Source of the DNA: Candidatus Saccharimonadota bacterium | GTDB taxonomy: Bacteria; Patescibacteriota; Saccharimonadia; Saccharimonadales; Saccharimonadaceae | Assembly: GCA_002421785.1 (NCBI GenBank) | Contig: DIRZ01000002.1 | Span: 210,001 to 242,000, forward strand | Direction of reading: 5' to 3' | Length of the DNA stretch: 32,000 nucleotides | Part shown: positions 8,109-15,366 of the stretch, piece after piece | Layout: every line of letters starts with the position of its first letter | Numbering within the stretch: position 1 is the first letter of the stretch | Translations under genes and position numbers: made by a program | The notes under the pieces: generated by a model | Told to the model about the DNA's origin: nothing | Seen by the model: only the letters and a program-made list of their open reading frames with translations | Database searches by the model: none

Positions 8109-9164
8109 ATGAGGTTATTAGAATACGAAGCCAAAGCTATCCTAAAGCAATTCGATATCCCGGTTCCGGGTGGCACTGTAGCCCGCGCCGACGACACGCT
8201 TCCCGCCGTGCCCATTGTCGTCAAATCCCAAGTGCCGGTTGGTGGGCGCGGCAAGGCGGGCGGCATACAAATAGTCACCGATACATCCGAACTAGCGGGC
8301 ACCGTCGACCGCGTCCTCAATCATGAAATCAAGGGCCACACACCGAACGCCGTACTCTGCGAAGAACTCATCGATATACAAAACGAGTATTACCTGTCAC
8401 TCATCATCAACCGCAGTGAGTCGTGCATTGAACTCGTCGCCCACCAGAACGGCGGCATAGAGGTCGAATCGAACGACGCGGCCGGCTTTTTACACTTCAC
8501 CCTCACAGGCGACAATGCCGACGCGGCTGGCGAGGCGCTCGCGGAGCTATACGACCTACCAGACAAAACATTCATATTGCAGGATATGGTCGAGCATCTT
8601 TACGGGTGCTTTACACAAAGTGACGCAACGCTGCTCGAAATCAATCCTCTTATATTGACGGCGAGTGGCGACATTGTAGCCGGTGACTGCAAAATGGAGC
8701 TCGACAACGCCGCGGCCTTTCGACACCCTGAGTGGGACTTCGAAGACAAACCAACCAGTGCCAATTTTGTGACCCTCGACCCCCAGGGCACCGTTGCAAC
8801 GATTGCTAATGGTGCAGGCCTAGCCATGGCCACCGTGGATGCTGTTACGGCAACCGGGCTTACTCCTGCTAACTTCCTGGACATTGGTGGTGGCGCCACG
8901 ACAGCAAGGGTAGTGGAGTGCTTCCAGCAAATTACCGAATTCCCGCACGTCAACGCCATTGTCATCAACATTTTTGGCGGCATCGTGCAATGTGACACCG
9001 TCGCACAAGCCATCATTGAAGCCAGGGGCGCATTCCCTGCGCTACCTACCCTGTATATCCGCCTCAGTGGTAACCGAAGCGACGAAGCAGCTGAGCTATT
9101 ACGGCACGAGCAATTACCCCTTTATGCCAGCCTAGAAGAGTGTATACAGGAGTTAACACGATGA
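8109..9164 (+). CDS. sucC: Succinyl-CoA synthetase beta subunit-like ATP-grasp protein (ADP-forming acyl-CoA synthetase family)
   Basis: The N-terminus 'MRLLEYEAKAILKQFDIPVP' is followed by 'VVKSQVPVGGRGKAGGI', 'LLEINPL', 'IANGAGLAMAT.D' and 'NFLDIGGGA'. Confidence 0.88.
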   Translation: MRLLEYEAKAILKQFDIPVPGGTVARADDTLPAVPIVVKSQVPVGGRGKAGGIQIVTDTSELAGTVDRVLNHEIKGHTPNAVLCEELIDIQNEYYLSLIINRSESCIELVAHQNGGIEVESNDAAGFLHFTLTGDNADAAGEALAELYDLPDKTFILQDMVEHLYGCFTQSDATLLEINPLILTASGDIVAGDCKMELDNAAAFRHPEWDFEDKPTSANFVTLDPQGTVATIANGAGLAMATVDAVTATGLTPANFLDIGGGATTARVVECFQQITEFPHVNAIVINIFGGIVQCDTVAQAIIEARGAFPALPTLYIRLSGNRSDEAAELLRHEQLPLYASLEECIQELTR

Positions 9165-10021
9165 ACCAAGCAACCTTCACCGGCAAAAACGTAATTGTAC
9201 AAGGAATTACAGGTACCCACGGCGCCTTCCACACACGGAATATGGTAAGGTATGGCACCCAGGTCGTGGCGGGTACGTCGCCCACCAAAGCCGGCACGCA
9301 GCTGGATGGCATTCCTGTCTACGCTCGCATTGCCGATATCCAGGCGGATATGCCGGTTGAAGCCAGTGTCATTTTTGTACCGGCACCGTTTGCCAAAGCA
9401 GCCATCCTTGAAGCGATTGCTGCAAAGGTTCCGCTGATTGTGTGCATTACCGAAAACATTCCTGTTCATGATATGTTGATAATTCAACAACACTTGCAGG
9501 GAAGTGGTTCTGTGCTCATCGGACCAAACTGTCCTGGCGTCCTGGTGCCCGATGGCAACTTGCTTGGCATCATTCCCGCCCACCTAGCCACACCTGGCGA
9601 CACCGCCGCGGTTAGCCGCAGCGGTACTCTCACCTACGAAGCGATGGACCTCCTGACCAGTCATGGTTTTGGCCAAAAGTACATCATTGGCATCGGCGGC
9701 GACATGGTTCGCGGTACTGGCTTCACAGAGTGCTTGGAACTATTCGAAGCCGACCCAGACATTAAGCGCATCGTTATGATTGGTGAAATTGGGGGTACTG
9801 ATGAAGTGCGGGCGGCCGATTACATTCAGCATAACGTCACTAAGCCAGTCTACGCCTACGTTGCCGGGCATAGTGCCCCCGTGGGCGTACAGATGGGCCA
9901 TGCAGGCGCCATACTCGGCACAAATTCCATGGAATCCGCCCAGGCAAAGACCGATTACTTACGCCAATCTGGCGTGACCGTTGCAGATAGCATTAGCGAG
10001 CTTATCAGCGCCATCGAATAG
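9161..10021 (+). CDS. sucD: Succinyl-CoA synthetase alpha subunit
   Basis: 'VIVQGITGTHGAFHTRNMVRYGTQVVAGTSP', 'IGPNCPG', 'SRSGTLTYEA' and the phosphohistidine loop 'MGHAGAI' are present. The ATG at 9161 overlaps the sucC TGA as ATGA, so it is preferred over the GTG at 9140 used by the ORF track. Confidence 0.92.
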   Translation: MNQATFTGKNVIVQGITGTHGAFHTRNMVRYGTQVVAGTSPTKAGTQLDGIPVYARIADIQADMPVEASVIFVPAPFAKAAILEAIAAKVPLIVCITENIPVHDMLIIQQHLQGSGSVLIGPNCPGVLVPDGNLLGIIPAHLATPGDTAAVSRSGTLTYEAMDLLTSHGFGQKYIIGIGGDMVRGTGFTECLELFEADPDIKRIVMIGEIGGTDEVRAADYIQHNVTKPVYAYVAGHSAPVGVQMGHAGAILGTNSMESAQAKTDYLRQSGVTVADSISELISAIE

Positions 10022-10039
10022 CGGTATACTGGGGATACT

Positions 10040-10984
10040 ATGAAAAAATTGATTTCTGTTCTGATTCCTGCCTATAACGAAGAAGAGGTGCTCGATATGC
10101 TGATGGAGCGGTTGGGTAAGCTTGCCGCTGACCAACCTGGGTACAACTGGGAATTTATGTTCGTCAACGATGGTAGTCGTGACCGCACGCTCGAAATAAT
10201 TAAACAGTATGCCGAGCGCGATGCACGTGTTTCGTACATCAACCTATCACGCAACTTCGGTAAAGAAACCGCCATGATTGCCGGGTTTGACCATGTGCGC
10301 GGTGACGCAGTCGTGAATATCGATGCCGATCTGCAAGATCCACCAGAGCTCATTCCCCGGATGATTAAATACTGGGAAGATGGCTACGATGATGTGTTCG
10401 CCCGCCGCCGTAGTCGTGCTGGTGAAAGCTTTGTGAAGAAGCTAACGAGCCAGATATACTACAAGGTACTACAGCGCTCCACGCGCATCCCAATCCAGAT
10501 TGATACCGGGGACTTCCGGCTGCTCGATCGCCGCTGTATCGACGCGCTCAAACAGTTCCGCGAAAGCGAACGCTATACCAAAGGTATGTTCAGCTGGATT
10601 GGCTACAAAAAGAAGGAAATTCTGTACGACCGCGATCCGCGTGCCGCTGGCACAACCAAATGGAACTATGGCAAGCTCGTCAACCTCGCCATCGACGGCA
10701 TCACCAGCTTCACGACGGCGCCACTGCGCGTGTCGACGTATGTTGGGTTTGTCGTTTCGGTTATCGCTTTTGTGTATATCCTTTACCTCCTGATTCGTCC
10801 GCTATTTGGCGTCTCCACAGGTGGCGGCTATTCGTCAACGATGGCGGCGATACTGTTCCTCGGTGGCGTTCAATTACTAAGCCTGGGTATCATTGGTGAA
10901 TACATCGGTCGCATATTCAACGAGACCAAAAACCGCCCACTGTACTTTGTTGAGGAGTATCACGAAGCGCACCATGAAAAATAA
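10040..10984 (+). CDS. GT2 polyprenyl-phosphate glycosyltransferase (GtrB/ArnC/DPM1-like)
   Basis: 'VLIPAYNEE', 'FVNDGSRDRT' and 'IDADLQDPPE' are present, and two C-terminal transmembrane helices follow. This is the typical bactoprenol-phosphate hexose transferase architecture. Confidence 0.88.
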   Translation: MKKLISVLIPAYNEEEVLDMLMERLGKLAADQPGYNWEFMFVNDGSRDRTLEIIKQYAERDARVSYINLSRNFGKETAMIAGFDHVRGDAVVNIDADLQDPPELIPRMIKYWEDGYDDVFARRRSRAGESFVKKLTSQIYYKVLQRSTRIPIQIDTGDFRLLDRRCIDALKQFRESERYTKGMFSWIGYKKKEILYDRDPRAAGTTKWNYGKLVNLAIDGITSFTTAPLRVSTYVGFVVSVIAFVYILYLLIRPLFGVSTGGGYSSTMAAILFLGGVQLLSLGIIGEYIGRIFNETKNRPLYFVEEYHEAHHEK

Positions 10985-11378
10985 GGCTCAGCTCGCGCGT
11001 TTTGGGATTGTCGGTGCCGCCAACACGGCGCTTGATTTTGGGTTGCTTTTTATCCTAAAGGCACTCGGACTACCGGTTGAGTTTGCAAATATCACATCAA
11101 CGACCATCGCATTCTTGTTCAGCTTCTTCGCTAACAAAAAGTATACGTTCAAAACAAGTGGCACAAACGTGGTACGCGAAATGATACTATTTGTCGTAGT
11201 AACACTAACTGGACTATGGGCATTGCAAACATTTGTCATCGTATTAGCGATGCCATGGCTCACCGCAGTCACGCACCAAACAGATGTCGCCCTGCTCATT
11301 TCGAAGCTCATCGCAACGGTCGTGTCGATGACGTGGAACTACCTACTCTACACATACATAGTGTTTAAAAAACACTAA
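10974..11378 (+). CDS. GtrA-family membrane protein (putative lipid-linked sugar translocation)
   Basis: The N-terminus 'MKNKAQLARFGIVGAANTALDFGLLFIL' is followed by four predicted helices and a C-terminal 'WNYLLYTYIVF'. The in-frame ATG at 10974 overlaps the GtrB-like stop by 11 nt. The track start at 10893 would lie deep inside the upstream gene. Confidence 0.85.
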   Translation: MKNKAQLARFGIVGAANTALDFGLLFILKALGLPVEFANITSTTIAFLFSFFANKKYTFKTSGTNVVREMILFVVVTLTGLWALQTFVIVLAMPWLTAVTHQTDVALLISKLIATVVSMTWNYLLYTYIVFKKH

Positions 11379-11923
11379 CGCTTATAGTCATCTTGTAATC
11401 GCGTGATATCTGCTTCGTCTGAGTGCATGGTCGGGTCGGTATGTTGCCATATCTCCGCCACGAGTGTGACTCCGTCACCGCCACCAACGAGTCGGTGGCA
11501 CTCCCCTGCTTCGAATTGCACGACATCGCCGGGGTTTGCTTGCACCATATCGCCCATTACTTCTGGGTCGAGGCTTTTGTGGTACCCGCCGCTTGTTAGG
11601 AACACCCATCGCTCTGCCCTACGGTCATGGCGCTGCCAGCTGAGACGCTGGTTTGGTTCAACATATAAAATCTTTGGGCTCAGCTCGGCTTCGGGGTTAC
11701 CCAGGCGCGCCGCAACCGGGTCAACACCAGGGAAAAACTCCGTCACAAACCGGTCACCGTCACGATAGTCGAAGCGGACAAATCCACCCCAGGGGCGTGC
11801 ATCGTCAATATCGGCAACCGTGTAGCCGGCTGCTTGTGCGGCAGCGACAATTTCGCGCATTGCCACCTCTTTAGGGTTTTGCTCCTGGTTAATTCGGTCT
11901 AGTTCATTGGAAAATTCTGTCAT
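11375..11923 (-). CDS. Mannose-6-phosphate isomerase type II-like cupin (stand-alone C-terminal PMI domain)
   Basis: 'RPWGGF', 'KILYVEPNQRLSWQRHDRRAERW', 'PGDVVQFEAGECHRL' and 'DEADITRLQDDYKR' follow the type II PMI cupin pattern. The ATG at 11923 has an AGGAG RBS. The longer track ORF would overlap the divergent promoter region. Confidence 0.8.
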   Translation of the reverse strand: MTEFSNELDRINQEQNPKEVAMREIVAAAQAAGYTVADIDDARPWGGFVRFDYRDGDRFVTEFFPGVDPVAARLGNPEAELSPKILYVEPNQRLSWQRHDRRAERWVFLTSGGYHKSLDPEVMGDMVQANPGDVVQFEAGECHRLVGGGDGVTLVAEIWQHTDPTMHSDEADITRLQDDYKR

Positions 11924-11972
11924 TTTTACTCCTTTGGCTATCCCTTTATTATACCGTATACTAAGGGGAGTT

Positions 11973-13067
11973 ATGCATATCGTTATCGACGCCCGAATTA
12001 TCAACACCTCAACCGGGCGTTATGTCGAACGGCTCCTTACCTACCTTCAGAATATCGATACATCGAACCAATATACTGTTCTCGTCCCTACAAAAGATAA
12101 AGATTTTTGGAAACCAGTTACAAGCAACTTTACCGTCGTATGTATCGATATAAGGAACTACACCCTTGTAGAACAGGTAGAATATAAAAGGATTCTTGAT
12201 TCATTCCGCGCCGACTTAGTGCATTTTTGCATGCCACAACAGCCAGTCCTCTATAGCGGAGCAAAGGTCACTACTATTCACGACCTAACACTCCTTCGCA
12301 CTTGGAATAGTGACAAAAACTGGCTTGCCTACCACCTTAAACAACTTGTTGGGCGATTTGTTTTTCATCATGTGGTCAAAACAAGCGCTCACATCATTAC
12401 CGATTCAGACAATTCAAAAGATGATATCATTGAATTCGATAAGCGCGCTCAGGGGAAGGTGTCGACGATATATTTGGCTGCTGAGACCGAACACCACGCC
12501 ACTCATGAGGTGACACTTCCTTTCAAAAAATACCTTTTATACGTTGGCGCCCAAAGTGATTACAAAAACATTCGAAGGCTTGGCGAGGCTCATCAACTCC
12601 TCCTGTCAGAATACCCAGACCTCGGTTTGGTACTTGTGGGAAAAAAGGGTGTACTTGCTTCCCGAAACGAAGAGTATTTTTCCGCGAGGGAATATAAAAA
12701 TATCCATTTCACCGACTTTATACCAGATGCACAACGCGACTGGCTTTATGAACACTGCGAAGCCTACGTGTTCCCTTCGCTCATGGAGGGTTTCGGTCTG
12801 CCACCCCTGGAAGCCATGACCTATGGCACACCGGTAGTGTCCAGCAATGCCTCGTGCATGCCTGAAATCCTGGGTGATGCGCCTGTCTACTTTGACCCGA
12901 CCGACATAAACGATATGGCGCTAAAAATTGGCGAAGTGCTCGGCGACGAAGCACTCCGCGCACAGATGATTGAGCGTGGGTACCGGCAGGTCGCCAAGTA
13001 TTCATGGGAACGCACCGCTCAGCAAACCCACGACATCTACATGCAGGTACTAAAAAACGCCCAGTAG
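11973..13067 (+). CDS. Glycosyltransferase family 4
   Basis: The N-terminus 'MHIVIDARIINTSTGRYVERLL' is canonical for GT4, and 'YVFPSLMEGFGLPPLEAMTYGTPVVSS' is present. The ATG at 11973 is preceded by AAGGGGAG. TTGGCT-17-TATACT lies 10 nt upstream. Confidence 0.9.
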   Translation: MHIVIDARIINTSTGRYVERLLTYLQNIDTSNQYTVLVPTKDKDFWKPVTSNFTVVCIDIRNYTLVEQVEYKRILDSFRADLVHFCMPQQPVLYSGAKVTTIHDLTLLRTWNSDKNWLAYHLKQLVGRFVFHHVVKTSAHIITDSDNSKDDIIEFDKRAQGKVSTIYLAAETEHHATHEVTLPFKKYLLYVGAQSDYKNIRRLGEAHQLLLSEYPDLGLVLVGKKGVLASRNEEYFSAREYKNIHFTDFIPDAQRDWLYEHCEAYVFPSLMEGFGLPPLEAMTYGTPVVSSNASCMPEILGDAPVYFDPTDINDMALKIGEVLGDEALRAQMIERGYRQVAKYSWERTAQQTHDIYMQVLKNAQ

Positions 13068-13081
13068 CGGGCGTTTTTTTA
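13052..13081. terminator. Bidirectional intrinsic terminator between the convergent GT4 and jag genes
   Basis: AAAAAACGCCC-agtagc-GGGCGTTTTTTT forms a GC core stem flanked by an A-tract and a T-tract. A U-run therefore follows the hairpin on either strand. The GT4 stop codon sits in the loop. Confidence 0.8.
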
Positions 13082-13092
13082 CAGGCAAAAAC

Positions 13093-13554
13093 CTAAGAAC
13101 TCTTCTGTGCAATAATAATGTGGCGGTCGCGGCCTTCGCCTTCGCTGAAGGTTTGAACATCGCTATATTCCTGGGCAACCCGGTGAACAATACGACGGTC
13201 GGCAGCATTGATGCGCGCGATGTGCGAATCACCAGTCGCACGAACTTCTTCGATCCAGCCACGGGCTTGCTCGGCAACTTTTTCTTCACGCTGCTTCTTG
13301 TAATCTGCGACGTCTACATTCACCCGCGTTAGCTCTGCGTCTTGGTTGCGTAAGCCGGTCGATACAATGTATTGAAGGCTGCGTAGGGTTTCGGCATTGC
13401 GCCCAATCAGAATACTATTCAGCTCGCTGGACTCTACATACAGCTCAATGACATCTTCTTCTACGGTTGCCGTTACTTCTACATTCTCGCCAAAAAACGA
13501 AATAATATCCTGTAGGAACTTTCGTGCAAATTCAACTGACTCTGTCTGGCCCAT
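13093..13554 (-). CDS. jag: Jag/KhpB-like RNA-binding protein (KH + R3H domains)
   Basis: The R3H-type segment 'DRRIVHRVAQEYSDVQTFSEGEGRDRHIII' is present. The gene sits immediately downstream of yidC, the conserved yidC-jag linkage. Confidence 0.88.
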   Translation of the reverse strand: MGQTESVEFARKFLQDIISFFGENVEVTATVEEDVIELYVESSELNSILIGRNAETLRSLQYIVSTGLRNQDAELTRVNVDVADYKKQREEKVAEQARGWIEEVRATGDSHIARINAADRRIVHRVAQEYSDVQTFSEGEGRDRHIIIAQKSS

Positions 13555-13556
13555 AC

Positions 13557-14498
13557 TTACCTACCTTTCACCTTGCGGTTATCTTTTGCTACTATCCGGG
13601 TAATGTGTGCTTCGCTCGCTTTTTTGGCGCGGGCTTTGGCTGAGGTCTTAGCGGGAATAGGGGCTGGCGTTACCTCATCGGCCAGTTCCTCGAGCTCTTC
13701 CTTGTCCTTACTAAGCAGATAGTGCTGCTGCGCAACGGCAACAAGGTTAGACGCCACGTAATACAAGGCCAATGCGCCAGGCAGGCTGACCATAATAAAG
13801 AACATCATGAATGGCATGATTTTCATCATATTACCCATCATGGCAGTACTCATGTCGCTTGGATCAGTTTCTTTACCGGCGGCGGTTTCTTTCATGATGT
13901 CACGGAAGCGTTTGGTCGACTTGTTGGTGGGCATGGTTTGCTTGGTCATAATGTACTGCGACACGCCAGCAATGACTGCAAGGGCCAGGAGGGGAATATC
14001 GGTAGTGTTATTACTGAATACCGTTTTCGTAAGGTCAATGAACCCGAGCATTGTGTGGTTAAAGTTTTCGGGGTTTTCGATAATCTTCTTGACCGGTTCG
14101 AGCGACTCGGTGAACGCATAGGCATAGTGCGCAACCTGGTCGCGGTGCAACGTCATCACCTGGATCACCTGATACAAACCAATAAAAATAGGCAACTGAA
14201 TAATCAGGATAAGTATGGAGCGGAATGGGTTGATACCATACTTCTTATAAAGCTCCATTTGTTGCGTAGCTTCGAGTTGTTTGTTGCCCGCGGCGGCAGC
14301 TTTGATCTTTTTTAATTCTGGCTGCATCTTGCGCATCATTTTGGTCTGATGCAACTGGCTTTTTACCATTGGGTATAACGCGAAGCGAATCAGAATGGTA
14401 AACAGGATGATAGCGATACCAAAATCACCTCCAGGAATAAGGCTATACAACCACATCAAGGCATTAAAAATCGGTTTTACGACAATCGTTTCAAACAT
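13557..14498 (-). CDS. yidC: Membrane protein insertase YidC (short, monoderm-type, without a large extracytoplasmic P1 domain)
   Basis: 'GIAIILFTILIRFALYPM', 'MRKMQPELKKI', 'YKKYGINP' and 'LPIFIGLY' are present, and a basic C-terminal tail follows. The gene lies downstream of rnpA. Confidence 0.95.
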   Translation of the reverse strand: MFETIVVKPIFNALMWLYSLIPGGDFGIAIILFTILIRFALYPMVKSQLHQTKMMRKMQPELKKIKAAAAGNKQLEATQQMELYKKYGINPFRSILILIIQLPIFIGLYQVIQVMTLHRDQVAHYAYAFTESLEPVKKIIENPENFNHTMLGFIDLTKTVFSNNTTDIPLLALAVIAGVSQYIMTKQTMPTNKSTKRFRDIMKETAAGKETDPSDMSTAMMGNMMKIMPFMMFFIMVSLPGALALYYVASNLVAVAQQHYLLSKDKEELEELADEVTPAPIPAKTSAKARAKKASEAHITRIVAKDNRKVKGR

Positions 14499-14550
14499 AA
14501 AATCTCCGGCTAGTTATAAAGTATAGTATACCACCTCTGGTGAGCGGGCG

Positions 14551-14898
14551 CTACTGTATCAGTCCGGCTTGCTCAAACAAGTCCCGTAGTACCGATACGA
14601 GCTCAGAGTGTTCAGCCGACAGGGCTTCACCGCTTGCTACAATGATAGCCACGTCGTGCACGCCGTTTGTTGGCAGAAAATCCTTGCGCAGGATTTCGTA
14701 CACGCGACGCCTGATTCGATTACGACCGACAGCGCTTTTGTGTACCTTTTTACTTACAACAACAGAGTAGCGTGAGCGCTTACGGTGAGGGTTGGCGATA
14801 GATTTGACCACGAACAAATGAGACCGGTAGGCATCGGCGTTTTTGTACAGGAATCGCAGTCCCCCATGGCCATGAAATCGTAAGCGCTTCGTTAACAT
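14551..14898 (-). CDS. rnpA: Ribonuclease P protein component
   Basis: The basic RNR-type motif 'SKKVHKSAVGRNRIRRRVYEIL' is present, and the gene sits between rpmH and yidC. The ATG at 14898 (MLTKRLRF...) is preferred, because the track start at 14931 runs into the terminator U-tract. Confidence 0.9.
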   Translation of the reverse strand: MLTKRLRFHGHGGLRFLYKNADAYRSHLFVVKSIANPHRKRSRYSVVVSKKVHKSAVGRNRIRRRVYEILRKDFLPTNGVHDVAIIVASGEALSAEHSELVSVLRDLFEQAGLIQ

Positions 14899-14928
14899 CA
14901 GTATTACCAGTATAACAAAGATGCTGAA

Positions 14929-14954
14929 CAAAAAACCGCCCAGTTGCGGGCGGT
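14929..14954 (-). terminator. Intrinsic terminator/attenuator hairpin between rpmH and rnpA
   Basis: The minus strand reads ACCGCCC-gcaacu-GGGCGGU followed by UUUUUU. It lies 7 nt after the rpmH stop and upstream of the rnpA ATG. Confidence 0.7.
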
Positions 14955-14960
14955 CATTGG

Positions 14961-15098
14961 CTAGATGGCGATTTTTGCACGTCCCTTTGCTCGGCGACGC
15001 TTCAAAACAGCACGACCAGCTTTTGTAGCAACGCGAGCACGGAACCCGTGGGTTCGAGCGCGGTGGCGTGTGTGTGGTTGGAACGTTCGTTTTGGCAT
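14961..15098 (-). CDS. rpmH: 50S ribosomal protein L34
   Basis: My own minus-strand translation gives [45 protein letters not shown], 45 aa, which is the canonical L34 sequence. It is absent from the ORF track because it is shorter than 60 aa. Confidence 0.97.
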   Translation of the reverse strand: MPKRTFQPHTRHRARTHGFRARVATKAGRAVLKRRRAKGRAKIAI

Positions 15099-15366
15099 AT
15101 CCTCGCTATTATACCCTTTGTAGGGGTTTTATACAATACTTCCTTGCTTCTCGTGCAAAATTATATTGTACTACGTCGATTTATCCACACTTCGGTGTGT
15201 TTTATCCACAGATTAACAGGGGCGGGATCGTTTTGTGGATAAGTCGCACCCCGGTTTAACGTGCTGAGCCGGGTAAAAAATCCACAACACTTACAAGGTT
15301 GTGGAAAACTCCCCCCTCCCCTATAATTACAGGTAGTTATTAGTTTCGGAGGGAGTTGTAGGTACA
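15099..15366. other. oriC / dnaA promoter region with a DnaA-box cluster
   Basis: Perfect TTATCCACA boxes lie at 15181-15189 and 15202-15210, and a perfect inverted TGTGGATAA lies at 15234-15242. TGTGGAAAA at 15300-15308 has one mismatch and AAATCCACA at 15278-15286 has two. These last two form an inverted pair (TCCACAAC...GTTGTGGA). An AT-rich stretch spans 15120-15180. The position between rpmH and dnaA is the classic one. Confidence 0.85.

Noticed and set aside
9140-9160. A GTG start at 9140 for sucD, as given by the ORF track.
   Set aside because: The ATG at 9161 yields the canonical SucD N-terminus spacing (MNQATFTGKNVIVQGITG) and forms an ATGA overlap with the sucC stop. The extra 7 aa would lie inside sucC.
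10893-10973. A track start at 10893 for the GtrA-family gene.
   Set aside because: It would overlap the GtrB-like gene by 92 nt. The ATG at 10974 gives the typical GtrA N-terminus.
11907-12007. Extended starts that make the PMI cupin (to 12007) and the GT4 (from 11907) overlap divergently by 100 nt.
   Set aside because: Internal ATGs at 11923 (minus strand) and 11973 (plus strand) each have a proper AGGAG/AAGGGGAG RBS and give family-typical N-termini. The extensions encode hydrophobic junk across the shared promoter region.
13722-14315. A 197 aa plus-strand ORF. Similar long antisense ORFs include 20399-20860, 24515-24985, 25546-26016, 26619-27155, 27137-27682, 29855-30286 and 3727-4107.
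   Set aside because: Each lies entirely antisense to a gene with clear family motifs (yidC, the hydrolase, the M23 protein, virB4, the VirB6-like gene or wzm). Their translations are low-complexity and rich in Ser, Arg or Cys, with no RBS. They are best explained as shadow ORFs.
15186-15199. A CACAC-TTCG-GTGTG hairpin with a UUCG-type tetraloop inside the DnaA-box cluster.
   Set aside because: With a 5-bp stem overlapping DnaA box 1, it is too short to assign a function. It is probably incidental to box spacing.
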